From a virus (taxonomy: Duplodnaviria; Caudoviricetes): DNA of 59,655 nt. A program made the translations under genes and the position numbers. Every line of letters begins with the position of its first letter. Position 1 is the stretch's first letter. This document shows positions 16,975 through 27,101 of the stretch, piece by piece. The stretch is taken from positions 1 through 59,655 of IMG/VR virus record IMGVR_UViG_3300011113_000105; one strand, 5' to 3'. The notes below the pieces were generated by a model. The model worked only from the letters and a program-made list of their open reading frames with translations. It searched no databases and was not told where the DNA came from.

Positions 16975-19839
16975 ATGAACAAACAATTTTTCGAGAAAAT
17001 CTTTCCAACGCAGGGCAACGTATGTGTAGCAGGAATCGACAAGGACGGCGTAATCACGCCGCGATTCACAGCCAACATCGACGATGCACTGAAACTTGCA
17101 CAAAGTTTCATCGACCGACAGGTCAACGTGTACTTCACGCCGGGCACGTACTCGGGGTTCAGACGCAAGCAGGAGCAGTGCGTCTACGTGAAATCGTTCT
17201 TCCTCGATCTCGACGTAATGCACGGGAAGGTGAAGTACGACACGAAGAAGGACGCGCTTGAGGACATCGAGAAACTTGCCACCGATCTGAATTGGCCGTT
17301 GCCGGTCATCATCGATTCGGGCGGCGGTATCCACGCGTATTGGATTCTTGACGAGGCGCTTCCCGCTGCGGAGTGGGACAAACGTGCCGAGCAGTTCAAG
17401 CAACTGTGCCTGGACCGCAAGATGAAGATCGATGAAGCCGTACCTGCGGACTCAGCGCGCTTGATGCGCGTGCCTGGTACGAGCAACTACCGATACGACC
17501 CCCCACAGGAATCCGAACTGCTGACGGAGGTTGAGACGCACCCGTTGAGCGTATTCCTAGAGGCACTCGACACGGTACAACTGCCGAGCAAGTTTGTATT
17601 GAGCGACGTCGAGAAGGGTCTTGACGATGACACGAAAGCAATTTTTGAAAAGCGCAACGGCAACTTTGAATATGACTTCGCCAAGATTGCGCAACTCAGT
17701 CTGGAAGGGGACGGATGTGGCCAAATCAAATACATCCTCGAAAACGCAGATAGTTGCCCGGAGCCACTGTGGTACGCTGGACTATCTGTCGCCGTCAGGT
17801 GTCGTGATGGCGGTGATGCCATACATCTCATGTCCGAGGACTACCCCGAGTATTCCTACGACGAGACAGAACGAAAAGCCACACAGTCCCTCCGAGAAGC
17901 AAACTGGGCTCACGGATGCGATGCGTTTGCAAAAGAAAACGCTGACGGATGTGCCGGATGCCCACACAGAGGGCGCATCACTGGGCCTATCGAGCTTGGC
18001 AAACTCATCCGAGTTGCATCACAGCCCATTGACCGAGATGCTGAAGAAAGCCCAAAGCCAGAAGATGAAGCGGAACCAGTTTGGTACCCACAGAATTCCC
18101 AAAAAATTCTCGTCTTCCCAGACTTCCTCCAACCCTACCAGCGAGGCGTCAACGGAGGGGTCTACTTCATGCCCCCACCCAGGAGAGACAAAAAAGGGAA
18201 GTTGATTCAGGACGACCCTGAACTCGTCACGCCCAACGACTTGTACCCCGTCAGGCGCATCTACAGCGCGCACGATGGTGAGTGCCTCGTCATGCATCTG
18301 CATCTGCCGAGGGATCAGTCGCGTGAATTCTTGCTGCCGCTGAAGGACGTTGTTTCATCTGAAAAGTTGAAGTCAACGCTGGCCAGCAACGGTGTGGTGT
18401 TTGAGCCTACACAGGCCAACCGCATGGCAAGCTACCTCATGAAATGGACGGCATATCTCGTGGAGACACAACGCGCTGACATCATGCGTGTCCAGCAGGG
18501 CTGGACTGAGGACAACAAGAGTTTTGTTGTCGGGACACAGGAAATCTCAAAGAACGAAGTGCGGTACTGCCCCCCGTCGCCGCTGTCCAAGGGCGTCGTG
18601 CGGTTTGTCAACGCAGTCGGCGAATTCGACGAGTGGAAGAAATGCGCCCAAATGTTCAACGATCCGGGCTACGAACTCCACGCGTTCACGATGCTGTGCG
18701 GGTTCGCATCACCTTTGATGGCTGTCACCAACGTCAACGGCGTAACGCTTTCTCTGTACAGCGAAGGCCCAGGCACCGGCAAGACGGGCGCACTCTTTGG
18801 CGCGATGAGCATCTGGGGCAAGCCAGACAAGTTGTCGGTCTATGAGGGTACGGGCAACGGCTTGATTCAGCGCATGATCACCAGCAAGAACATCCCGTTT
18901 GCGCTGGACGAGCAGGGCGACCTTGACCCCAAGGTTGTGTCGAGTCTGCTGTACAACATCAGTTCCGGTCAGCCCAAGATTCGCCTGATGTCCTCGACCA
19001 ACCAGGAGCGTGAGGCAGCGTTCAACACCAACCTGATCGCCATCATCACCACCAACAAGCCACTGCGCAGTCTGCTTCAGGAGTACCGGGCCAACACCAG
19101 CGCACAGAACGTGCGACTGCTTGAACCCGAAGTGCGCATTCCGGGCGTCAAAGGCTACGAGTTGGACACGCCGCGCGGCAAGATCATGTTTGATCCGTTC
19201 AAGTACAACTACGGACACGCAGGGCCGTTCTACATCCGGGAGATCATGAACAACCTACCTGCGGAAGAACTGCGCAGACTGGTGGACGTCGAGTATTTGA
19301 AAGTGGCTGAACGGTATACCAAGAACTCGGAATACCGTTTCCTATCGAATCTGCTGGCCACGACGCGGGTTGCTGGTGAACTTGTCAACGAGATGGGCAT
19401 CGTGAACTTTGACCTTGACCGCGTGTTTGAGGTCGTCGGTGCCGAGTTTGGCGACATGATCGTAGGCAGGAAGCGGGACGACGAGTCCGGCAACGAGGAC
19501 ATTGTTGGTGACTTCATCAACAAGAACATCCAGAACTGCCTTGTCATCCGTGACGGCAAGGTCACGATGGAGCCGCGCAACGCGCTGCATGTCCGCGCTG
19601 AAGTAGATACAGGGCGTATCTACATCTCGACTTCTGCGATGAAGCACTACCTTCGGGAGATCAAGGCTGATCCGCGCCAGTTTGAGTCGCGGCTGAAGCA
19701 GAAGCAGATTCTGGTGGACAAGGTGCGCAAGCAGATGGGCGCTGGCTGGAAGGACGCGCTTGGCTCTACCAACGTCAATGCGTACGAGCTTGTAATGGAC
19801 TCCTCACACCTGTTCGATGTCAAAGAAGAACCCAAGTGA
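16975..19839 (+). CDS. Primase-helicase (AEP/RepB-like primase plus DUF927-type helicase)
   Basis: FLDLD, IIDSGGGIHAYW, RLMRVPGT.N; Cys cluster C...C..CPH; Walker A GPGTGKT, Walker B ALDE. Confidence 0.85.
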   Translation: MNKQFFEKIFPTQGNVCVAGIDKDGVITPRFTANIDDALKLAQSFIDRQVNVYFTPGTYSGFRRKQEQCVYVKSFFLDLDVMHGKVKYDTKKDALEDIEKLATDLNWPLPVIIDSGGGIHAYWILDEALPAAEWDKRAEQFKQLCLDRKMKIDEAVPADSARLMRVPGTSNYRYDPPQESELLTEVETHPLSVFLEALDTVQLPSKFVLSDVEKGLDDDTKAIFEKRNGNFEYDFAKIAQLSLEGDGCGQIKYILENADSCPEPLWYAGLSVAVRCRDGGDAIHLMSEDYPEYSYDETERKATQSLREANWAHGCDAFAKENADGCAGCPHRGRITGPIELGKLIRVASQPIDRDAEESPKPEDEAEPVWYPQNSQKILVFPDFLQPYQRGVNGGVYFMPPPRRDKKGKLIQDDPELVTPNDLYPVRRIYSAHDGECLVMHLHLPRDQSREFLLPLKDVVSSEKLKSTLASNGVVFEPTQANRMASYLMKWTAYLVETQRADIMRVQQGWTEDNKSFVVGTQEISKNEVRYCPPSPLSKGVVRFVNAVGEFDEWKKCAQMFNDPGYELHAFTMLCGFASPLMAVTNVNGVTLSLYSEGPGTGKTGALFGAMSIWGKPDKLSVYEGTGNGLIQRMITSKNIPFALDEQGDLDPKVVSSLLYNISSGQPKIRLMSSTNQEREAAFNTNLIAIITTNKPLRSLLQEYRANTSAQNVRLLEPEVRIPGVKGYELDTPRGKIMFDPFKYNYGHAGPFYIREIMNNLPAEELRRLVDVEYLKVAERYTKNSEYRFLSNLLATTRVAGELVNEMGIVNFDLDRVFEVVGAEFGDMIVGRKRDDESGNEDIVGDFINKNIQNCLVIRDGKVTMEPRNALHVRAEVDTGRIYISTSAMKHYLREIKADPRQFESRLKQKQILVDKVRKQMGAGWKDALGSTNVNAYELVMDSSHLFDVKEEPK

Positions 19840-20038
19840 GGCTCCGTACGACGAGCCGACGTGGCTGTTCCCGTACTCAGGCATGAGTATCGGGGACAGC
19901 TTTTTTATCCCAACTATGAAGCCAGCCTACATGACGTACGTCATCGATACGTCCGCGAAGAAGTACGGCATCAAGGTCAAGATATTCACGACAACCGAGG
20001 ACGGTGTCCTCGGTGTCCGTGCGTGGCGGATTACTTAG
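19817..20038 (+). CDS. Small hypothetical protein
   Basis: FPYSGMSIGDSFFIP...GVRAWR; last + strand gene, stop abuts the convergent gene. Confidence 0.7.
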   Translation: MSKKNPSEAPYDEPTWLFPYSGMSIGDSFFIPTMKPAYMTYVIDTSAKKYGIKVKIFTTTEDGVLGVRAWRIT

Positions 20039-23000
20039 TGTTTTCCTTGATCTCTTCAAACGTCTCAAGAATCTGCCGCTTGATCGTGTTCTGAATCTTC
20101 ACGATCTCTTCGAGTTGCGCTTTGCGCTCTCCAATCGACAGACTAGTGTCAGCGCGCACTTTGTTGGCTGCTTCACGCATCAAGCGCAGAGGGCCGTTGA
20201 CCTCATGGTTGTACGCCTCGACCAACGCGTACTTGTACTCGTTGTTCTCCATGAACCTGTCCAACAGTTCAGGCTTGTTCTTGAGTGAATTGATTTGGCG
20301 TTCGTAGCCCTTGATCTCGTTCTCGGCCCTGCTGAACTCCCGTGCGTCCACGTTGGATTTGCCGCCGATGAAGCTGCTCAGCAATAGAGTGTCGTTTTTG
20401 ACGTCGAACTGTTTATCGGACAGTACAAGTGCGCCGATGTTGACGCCCGTGGAGAGCATCTTGGCCCATCCATCGAGATAGTTGCTGGCGAAGAAGTACA
20501 GCGTGTTGGGGCTGATGTCCACTTCACCCGTCGTCGCGTCGAATAGCGCACGGGTAGCCATCTTGTACATCTCGGGGATGTTGTCGCCGCCCGTGTAGGC
20601 ATCGCCGTAGCGTGACTGACGGTTGTTGTAGATTTCTCTGCCCAGACCGTCGATGTTCATCACGTACTCGAAGAACGGACGAGCAGCGGACGGCGTAACG
20701 GAATCAAGCGCAAACGCAGGGAAGTTATCCAGCGGGCTGATGCGCGAGAACGGCAGCGGCACGAACGAGTCGAGGCCAATCGTCACGATGTTCGACAGCG
20801 CATCGCCGAGGGTCGCACGGCCCATGACAGCACCAGCCACCTGAGCGCCAGCGGCTGCGAAAGCGCCCGGCCCGAAACCCCACGGAATCTGCAAGAACTT
20901 GTCAGAGCCAGGGATCGGGAACCGAGCGTAACGGGTCCAACGCGCCATGTCATCGGTGGCCACACGGTTGCGTCCCTCATCGTCATCGCCGCTGAGCATC
21001 ATGGCGATCATGAAAGTCGCCACGCCCATGCCTGCCAGACCGAGCGTAGTGATACGCGCCGCGCGCTGCTTCTCTTTCATCGCAGCCACAGCGTTGTCGA
21101 TGTCTTGTTTGGTACGCCCCTTGACGCCAGCCTTGGCTTCTGCCTCCGCTTCAGCGCGGAACGCCGCCTCATCAAAACCGAGCGCAGGAGCAAGTGCATC
21201 GATAGCGCGCACCGCGCCCGTTGCAGCAGGACGGAAGAACATGAACAACGCGCCCATTGCTTTGCCGTACTTGCCGACCTGCTCAAAGTTGGCGAGGTTC
21301 TTGGAATACTCAACGGCTTTTGCCTTGGCTTCCTCATCGGACATGCCACGGGCAATGAACTCGTCCTTCATCACACGATACGTTGACGTGCGCGCAGAAA
21401 TTTCAAAAATGTCGTTGTAGGCATCAAAGAACCCTGTGATCTGGTCCTTGGTCTTGAGGATGCCTGAGCGCCCAACTTCCTTGACGAGATTATCGAGCGC
21501 ACCCTTGGCAGCAATGCCCTGGAGATACGAAACACGACCGCCCAGTATGATGTACTCCACAATGTCGCGGTAATACTTTTCCTGCTGATTTAAGTCTTTG
21601 TACGGTTTGGTGCCGCCAGCAAGACGCTCAATTTCTTTAAACTTGCCCTTCTCATACAGATTCAACAGATTACCTGCGCGGTACAAACCGCCTTGCGCTA
21701 CGTCAGCAGACACGGCAGTGATCAAGCGCCCAGCAACGGTGGGGCCAAGTTCAGCACTGATGATTCCAGCGTTTGTGAACGTGTCGCGCACAAAGTTCAT
21801 AGGCGCAAACGCGGGGTTGAAGCGCGTATGCACTTGCCCGAGGCCGCTGGTGAAGCCGTTCACGAAGTCAAGAATCGGGCTGCTCTTCCTCCAAGTGCGC
21901 CGAATGGCTTCATTCTGCTTTTCGTCGTTAATCTGATAGACCTCAATCGTCCCATCGTTGTTGTAATGGAAGATTTTTTTAGGGCCGCCAAACTCTTCCT
22001 TTTTCTGGCCCTTCAGATAACGATCCTCAAACTTGATCGTGCCGACTTTTTCACCGTTAATGATCTTGTCGTTGATGGCATTTTTGATAGCCAGGGTCAA
22101 ATCCCTGCGGCCTGCGCGCATCGCAGCGGTGGCACCGTCAGCAAGGGTCTGCAATAGTGGGTTTTCGGATTCCGACTGACGCCCCTCAAACGTGTTTTGG
22201 TCATCTTGCAGTTCGCCACCAATGTACTGCGAGTCGAGGTTCAAGACTTCATCGTGCTGAGTGCGCCCAGGCTTGCCTTTGAACGGGATGTAGTTTTTGT
22301 AGCCGTAGAAGTCAACGACGTTCTGGACGGGCTCAGACCAGTAGTGCGACGCGGCGTTGAGCGCGGCGGTCTTTTTCTGAACAGCCTGAACAGCATCAAC
22401 TACGGCATTGATCTCGTTGGCTAGCGCGGGCTTGTCAAACAAGTCCTTGATGCGCTTGATTTCTTCCGGTTTGCGGTTAGCGATGACGTTGTATTCAGCG
22501 TCATTAATGTCGGTCTTTTTAGCAAGTATCTTGGGGTCTATCGACTTGTCCATGTACTGCATGTTGGCCACACGATTGCCGTAAGCGTCCTTTATGAATT
22601 TGCCATTAGCGTCTTTAGCAAACACAAATTCGTCAATTAACTGTCGCAGAGCTTTGTTCCGTTGCTCACGCTGCTGCTCAGGCAGACCTGAAGGCTGAGA
22701 CAGAATCTCAAGAACTTTTTCCCGCCAAGCGTACGGAGACAGTGCCAATGGATTGCCCTGGGCGTCAGTGAACCCGGCAACCGTGTACTTGGACTGCTTG
22801 TCCAGCGGCACATTCCGCAGGAACAGCACCTCGCGGCGCTCAGGCTCGTGACGTGCCTCAAGGATCAAATGCAGATCAGCAAGTGCTTCTTCAATAGTCC
22901 GACCGGCAGCCTGCGCGTAGCGTTCAACGGCGGCATCTACCGCCTTGGCCAGCGGAGAGATGTGACGTGCGTACAAGTCAACAGCCATACCAGTTGAACG

Positions 23001-26000
23001 GCTGATCTGGCCATAGACATCATTGAGCCCTTGGCCCACGCGCTTGAGCACACGGAACAACTCCGCGCGCTCAGTTAGCCGCTTGATGATGCGACGATCG
23101 TTTTGAAAGTCACTAGCCAGCCAATTAAGTCCTTCTTTGGTAAACAGTCTACGGATGATGGCCTTGGCGCCACGCTGTTTGAGTTCAACTTCACTGCGGA
23201 GTTCTTCTTCCGTTTTCTGTTGAACCGGAGGAACAGGCGGGGCTTGAACGGTGGTGGGGGCAGTGGCAGCGAGTGACGCACCAATGCTTTTCTTGCCAGC
23301 AAGCTGCCTGATGTTGCCTTCTGGTGCGGCGAGCAAGAACTGAAACGCAGCGGCAGTCTCAAGCAGAAGATTGCCTTTGTACCCTGGCTCCGACAGGATT
23401 TCCCGCTTGAGGTTCGTGATGCCGCCCTTGGACGTCAGGCGCTTTTCTTTTTCGATCTGCTCTTTTGTAGGGCGGTAGCCCATCTCGCTGAGGTCTTTTT
23501 CAACGGTCTCAGTGGTGTCAAACGCTTCTGTTTCAGGCGTGAATTCACGCGCAGCTTCAGCACGTGTTGCACCTTCGTCAGTTTTTTCTTTGTCGTAGCG
23601 CTCAACAATCAGGCCAGTCTCGGGGTCTATGACTTCAACTGGGCCACGTCCTTCTACCTCTTGTTTTTCCGGTACAAGAGTCTCTTTGACTTCTTCGCCT
23701 CTTTCTTTCTTACGCGCTTTGGCAGCGTTGAGCTTCGCTTCTTCTTCGCGGAGCTGCTCATCCGTCTTTTTGGTGACGCCAGAACGCACAACGACCCGGC
23801 CAGTCTTGGGGTCTATGACTTCGATTGGAACAAGAATAGTTGTGCGAATCTTGCTAGGCGTGAACAGTTTGTACAACTGCGCCAGCGTATCCGTGAAGTA
23901 GTCCCACGCCGTCTTGAACATGACGTCGTAGTCAAAGCGCCCAAGTTCACGGCTTTCCCTGACCGCAGCAGAGAGTTCAACTTCCTTCTTGGTAGCGCGT
24001 GCGGCAGGCTCAAGCTGTATCCGAGACAACTCGTACTGGAAGTCCATGTCGGTCATCGCATAAGCAATGAACTCGTACATGTTCTCGAACGCATTTGGAT
24101 ACTTGGAGCCAATCCTGCTCTTGGCCAGAGCAGCGACGTTGATCAGGTGTTCGACAGCCCGACGCGTGCTCTCGTCCAGTTTGGACGGATCAAGGTAGAA
24201 CTGATGGATGATCTTGACTGTTGCTGCGTGCGTCAGTTCGTGCAGAACAGTTGCTTCATCAAATCCGTTTTGCCCGATGAAAATCGTGTTGGTATCAGCG
24301 TCGTACCGGCCAACCTCGTCAAACACCATGTTCGGGTCATACACGACCTTCACATTCAGCGCGAACTCACGCATCGGGCCACTGCGTACGCTCAACAGTT
24401 TGGTGGCAAGATTCTTGAAGACTTCAGCCGATACCTTCTTGCGTTCGCGACGCAACACACGGTCATACGAACTCATCAGCGCGCTGATGTAGGTTTCGCG
24501 CTTTGGCTTCGGTAGAGTGCCATTTGCACTCGTGCTCAAGTAATCCAGCACGCCTTCAATGTTGCCCTTGAAAAGCATACTGAGGACTTTTGGCGGCAAC
24601 AGTGCGCCCTTACCTGCGGGCTGCGCTTCGCGCTCACGTCTAGCCTCTTCAATCTGCTGCTCTTTGACCGTACGTTCTTCAGCGGAAAGTTCGTCACGTG
24701 CCTGCTTTTGCGCAAGTTCCTTCTGAACCTGCTTCTTCACGGCGTTGAACGCCAAAAACTGTTCAGCAGCAGAATCAGTTTTGTTCAGTTGAGTGAACAG
24801 CCGCTTGCTTTCTTCGGACAGCGTGTTCCAGGCAGGGAAGTTATAGGACAGCCCGCTCCTACGGCTGAATGCATCTCGCTCGCGGGTGTAACTCTCTTGT
24901 GCCCTAACTTTGCTGATTTCTCCCGCACGATCTTCCGGTGTGGCGGCACGACTCTCAGAACGCTTCTTCTGAAGATAGTCAGATAGAGCAATCGCCGCTT
25001 GGTCATGCTCTACGATCGTGTTTCTGTTGATGTTGTTCTGAAAGTAGACGCGTCGCTCGTCGTCAGTCAACTCCCTGAACGCTGGCAGTTTTTCGTCTTC
25101 TTCGGCAGACTCGTTGTACGCTTCACGCGTCTCTTCGTAGAGATCACGTTGCTCCTGTGGGGGAAGATATTTCTGTTCCTCTTTGAGTTGCTGCGCAGCA
25201 ACTACAGGCGCCTCAATTGCGGTCAGTGGTCTTGTTTCTACATCAACCTGTACTTCTAATTCTTTTTGTATTTTTGCTGCTTCTTTGACGCGCGCAGCAA
25301 GTTCACGAGAAGTCTCGTTTTTATTACGTTTTAGTCCTAATGATTCCGCCAAGCTATCGACAAGTTTATCGAGCTTGATTTGCTCTTCTGTACGCCTTGC
25401 TGTGCCAGCAGACGGCAAGCCATCGTCACCAAACAGTGAATCTATTTGGTCAATAATTGATTGTGACTTTGTGCCTGCTGCACCGGTAGGGGGTCCAGCA
25501 GGAGGCGTAGGAGGAGTTGGGGGCGCAGGCGGCTTGGGAGGCGGGGGCGGTGTGGGTGCTCCGGGCGGAGTTACTGTAGTTTGTGTTCCGCCTGCTCCTG
25601 GAGGAGTCGCTGGAGCGCCCGCTCCAATATCACCCACTCCACCGGGCTGAGTTCCTGCAACTCCTTCGGCAACTCCAGCCGCAGGGGGCTGTGCAGAAAT
25701 CTGAATGCCTGCTCGACCTGCTCCTTCGACAAATGCTCCAACATCTTGTGCTCCTTGTGTAGCCGTCGCGGTAGCCGCATCGATTTCTGCTTTTAATTTG
25801 TTGTACTGTTTTTTGAGTCTGAGCGACCTGAAAAAATCTGGACGACTAAGTTGGTCGCCCTTCGCTTCAATCTCTTTGAGTTTTTGCTCTACCGTAGCAA
25901 ATTCAGCTTGCTTGGCGGTGAGTTCTTCAGGAGACAGTTTGACAGCAGGCGTCTCAGGCGCACGCTTGGGCATCTCATCCGTAACAGAGCCCGTTTCAAC

Positions 26001-27098
26001 TTCGCCAGGAGCAGGCGGTGCTTTCGGTTCAGCGCGGCCAAATGCAACATCCGTAGCAGCGGTGATACCCGCACCGCCAAAGCCGCCCTTCAGGCCAGCG
26101 TTGATGAATCGCTCAAAGTTCTTCTCACTGAAGAACTGCTTGTTCTGGTCAACGAACTTCTCAGCCGCTGCGCTGGACATCTCCTGCAACGCTTCCGTTG
26201 CGCCTTCCGTAGCAAACCCCTTGAGCGCACCGACTCCGGCGCGCTTGTACCACGCACCGATGAGCGCATCTCTGGTCACACCACTGATGTCTGCTTTGCG
26301 CAGAATGTTGATGGGCGTGATCGCGTCCAGCACTGCGTTGAACGAACCCGCGACGAGCGCCGCACCGATGTCCTGTTTGCCAGTCTCTTCGTAAATGTTC
26401 TGGTAAACGTCAGGAATGTTTTGTACTGCTGAACCTGTTACAGCACCAGCTACTTCGTACTTGAGCGCCGTTTTGCGCGCAGCATCAATGCCTTCCTTCA
26501 GCGCCGTTTCACGGATTGCCGCAAGGGTTTCTTTCTCGATGCCGTACGCGCCTGTCTGGGCGACTGAACGCGCTGCTTGTTTGGTCAGTTCGCGCTTCGC
26601 CGCCGCTTCAGCGGCTTGCATTGCCGCAGCCGTGGCCGGGCGCGCTACAACTGCCGCCGCACCGCCAGTCAAAAGGCTTGGAATGATTGACGGGATTGCC
26701 TCAGCAATCGCTTCCTTGATGTACGTTACAGCGTCGCCAACGCCCTTGATGTCCTTGTAGGAAGGAACTTCTGCGGGGTACAGGCGCTCAGTTTCCTTCT
26801 GGTACTCAGCCGCCTCTTGCATCTGGCGGCGTGCATAGTCCTCTGCACCAATCATCTTGCCCAGCATGGCTGGGCCGACATCGGTAACAAGAGAAGCAAT
26901 CCCGCGTCCACCACGCATGACGGACGGGAAAAAGCCAGTCTGCCCTTTGGGTTCGGGCGGCGCTACAGCTTCGCGCGCTTTTGGCGCTGGAGCAAAAAAG
27001 TTCCTGGCGTAGAGGTCTACATCGCTTTGAGTAAGACCTGCGGGACCCTCGAAGAGATGTACTTTTCCTTCGGGGTCCTTGAACTGATACTTTGCCAC
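20031..27098 (-). CDS. Giant internal virion / polyvalent protein (zincin-like HExxH domain, LPD38-like C-terminus)
   Basis: 2355 aa; GRYD...IFI...LHELTHA; EFIAYAMTD..FQ..L; Pro-rich linker; C-terminal NFVRD, ANF...G, FMFF, IPWGFG, G..IY. Confidence 0.8.
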   Translation of the reverse strand: MAKYQFKDPEGKVHLFEGPAGLTQSDVDLYARNFFAPAPKAREAVAPPEPKGQTGFFPSVMRGGRGIASLVTDVGPAMLGKMIGAEDYARRQMQEAAEYQKETERLYPAEVPSYKDIKGVGDAVTYIKEAIAEAIPSIIPSLLTGGAAAVVARPATAAAMQAAEAAAKRELTKQAARSVAQTGAYGIEKETLAAIRETALKEGIDAARKTALKYEVAGAVTGSAVQNIPDVYQNIYEETGKQDIGAALVAGSFNAVLDAITPINILRKADISGVTRDALIGAWYKRAGVGALKGFATEGATEALQEMSSAAAEKFVDQNKQFFSEKNFERFINAGLKGGFGGAGITAATDVAFGRAEPKAPPAPGEVETGSVTDEMPKRAPETPAVKLSPEELTAKQAEFATVEQKLKEIEAKGDQLSRPDFFRSLRLKKQYNKLKAEIDAATATATQGAQDVGAFVEGAGRAGIQISAQPPAAGVAEGVAGTQPGGVGDIGAGAPATPPGAGGTQTTVTPPGAPTPPPPPKPPAPPTPPTPPAGPPTGAAGTKSQSIIDQIDSLFGDDGLPSAGTARRTEEQIKLDKLVDSLAESLGLKRNKNETSRELAARVKEAAKIQKELEVQVDVETRPLTAIEAPVVAAQQLKEEQKYLPPQEQRDLYEETREAYNESAEEDEKLPAFRELTDDERRVYFQNNINRNTIVEHDQAAIALSDYLQKKRSESRAATPEDRAGEISKVRAQESYTRERDAFSRRSGLSYNFPAWNTLSEESKRLFTQLNKTDSAAEQFLAFNAVKKQVQKELAQKQARDELSAEERTVKEQQIEEARREREAQPAGKGALLPPKVLSMLFKGNIEGVLDYLSTSANGTLPKPKRETYISALMSSYDRVLRRERKKVSAEVFKNLATKLLSVRSGPMREFALNVKVVYDPNMVFDEVGRYDADTNTIFIGQNGFDEATVLHELTHAATVKIIHQFYLDPSKLDESTRRAVEHLINVAALAKSRIGSKYPNAFENMYEFIAYAMTDMDFQYELSRIQLEPAARATKKEVELSAAVRESRELGRFDYDVMFKTAWDYFTDTLAQLYKLFTPSKIRTTILVPIEVIDPKTGRVVVRSGVTKKTDEQLREEEAKLNAAKARKKERGEEVKETLVPEKQEVEGRGPVEVIDPETGLIVERYDKEKTDEGATRAEAAREFTPETEAFDTTETVEKDLSEMGYRPTKEQIEKEKRLTSKGGITNLKREILSEPGYKGNLLLETAAAFQFLLAAPEGNIRQLAGKKSIGASLAATAPTTVQAPPVPPVQQKTEEELRSEVELKQRGAKAIIRRLFTKEGLNWLASDFQNDRRIIKRLTERAELFRVLKRVGQGLNDVYGQISRSTGMAVDLYARHISPLAKAVDAAVERYAQAAGRTIEEALADLHLILEARHEPERREVLFLRNVPLDKQSKYTVAGFTDAQGNPLALSPYAWREKVLEILSQPSGLPEQQREQRNKALRQLIDEFVFAKDANGKFIKDAYGNRVANMQYMDKSIDPKILAKKTDINDAEYNVIANRKPEEIKRIKDLFDKPALANEINAVVDAVQAVQKKTAALNAASHYWSEPVQNVVDFYGYKNYIPFKGKPGRTQHDEVLNLDSQYIGGELQDDQNTFEGRQSESENPLLQTLADGATAAMRAGRRDLTLAIKNAINDKIINGEKVGTIKFEDRYLKGQKKEEFGGPKKIFHYNNDGTIEVYQINDEKQNEAIRRTWRKSSPILDFVNGFTSGLGQVHTRFNPAFAPMNFVRDTFTNAGIISAELGPTVAGRLITAVSADVAQGGLYRAGNLLNLYEKGKFKEIERLAGGTKPYKDLNQQEKYYRDIVEYIILGGRVSYLQGIAAKGALDNLVKEVGRSGILKTKDQITGFFDAYNDIFEISARTSTYRVMKDEFIARGMSDEEAKAKAVEYSKNLANFEQVGKYGKAMGALFMFFRPAATGAVRAIDALAPALGFDEAAFRAEAEAEAKAGVKGRTKQDIDNAVAAMKEKQRAARITTLGLAGMGVATFMIAMMLSGDDDEGRNRVATDDMARWTRYARFPIPGSDKFLQIPWGFGPGAFAAAGAQVAGAVMGRATLGDALSNIVTIGLDSFVPLPFSRISPLDNFPAFALDSVTPSAARPFFEYVMNIDGLGREIYNNRQSRYGDAYTGGDNIPEMYKMATRALFDATTGEVDISPNTLYFFASNYLDGWAKMLSTGVNIGALVLSDKQFDVKNDTLLLSSFIGGKSNVDAREFSRAENEIKGYERQINSLKNKPELLDRFMENNEYKYALVEAYNHEVNGPLRLMREAANKVRADTSLSIGERKAQLEEIVKIQNTIKRQILETFEEIKENTK

Positions 27099-27101
27099 GG
27101 T

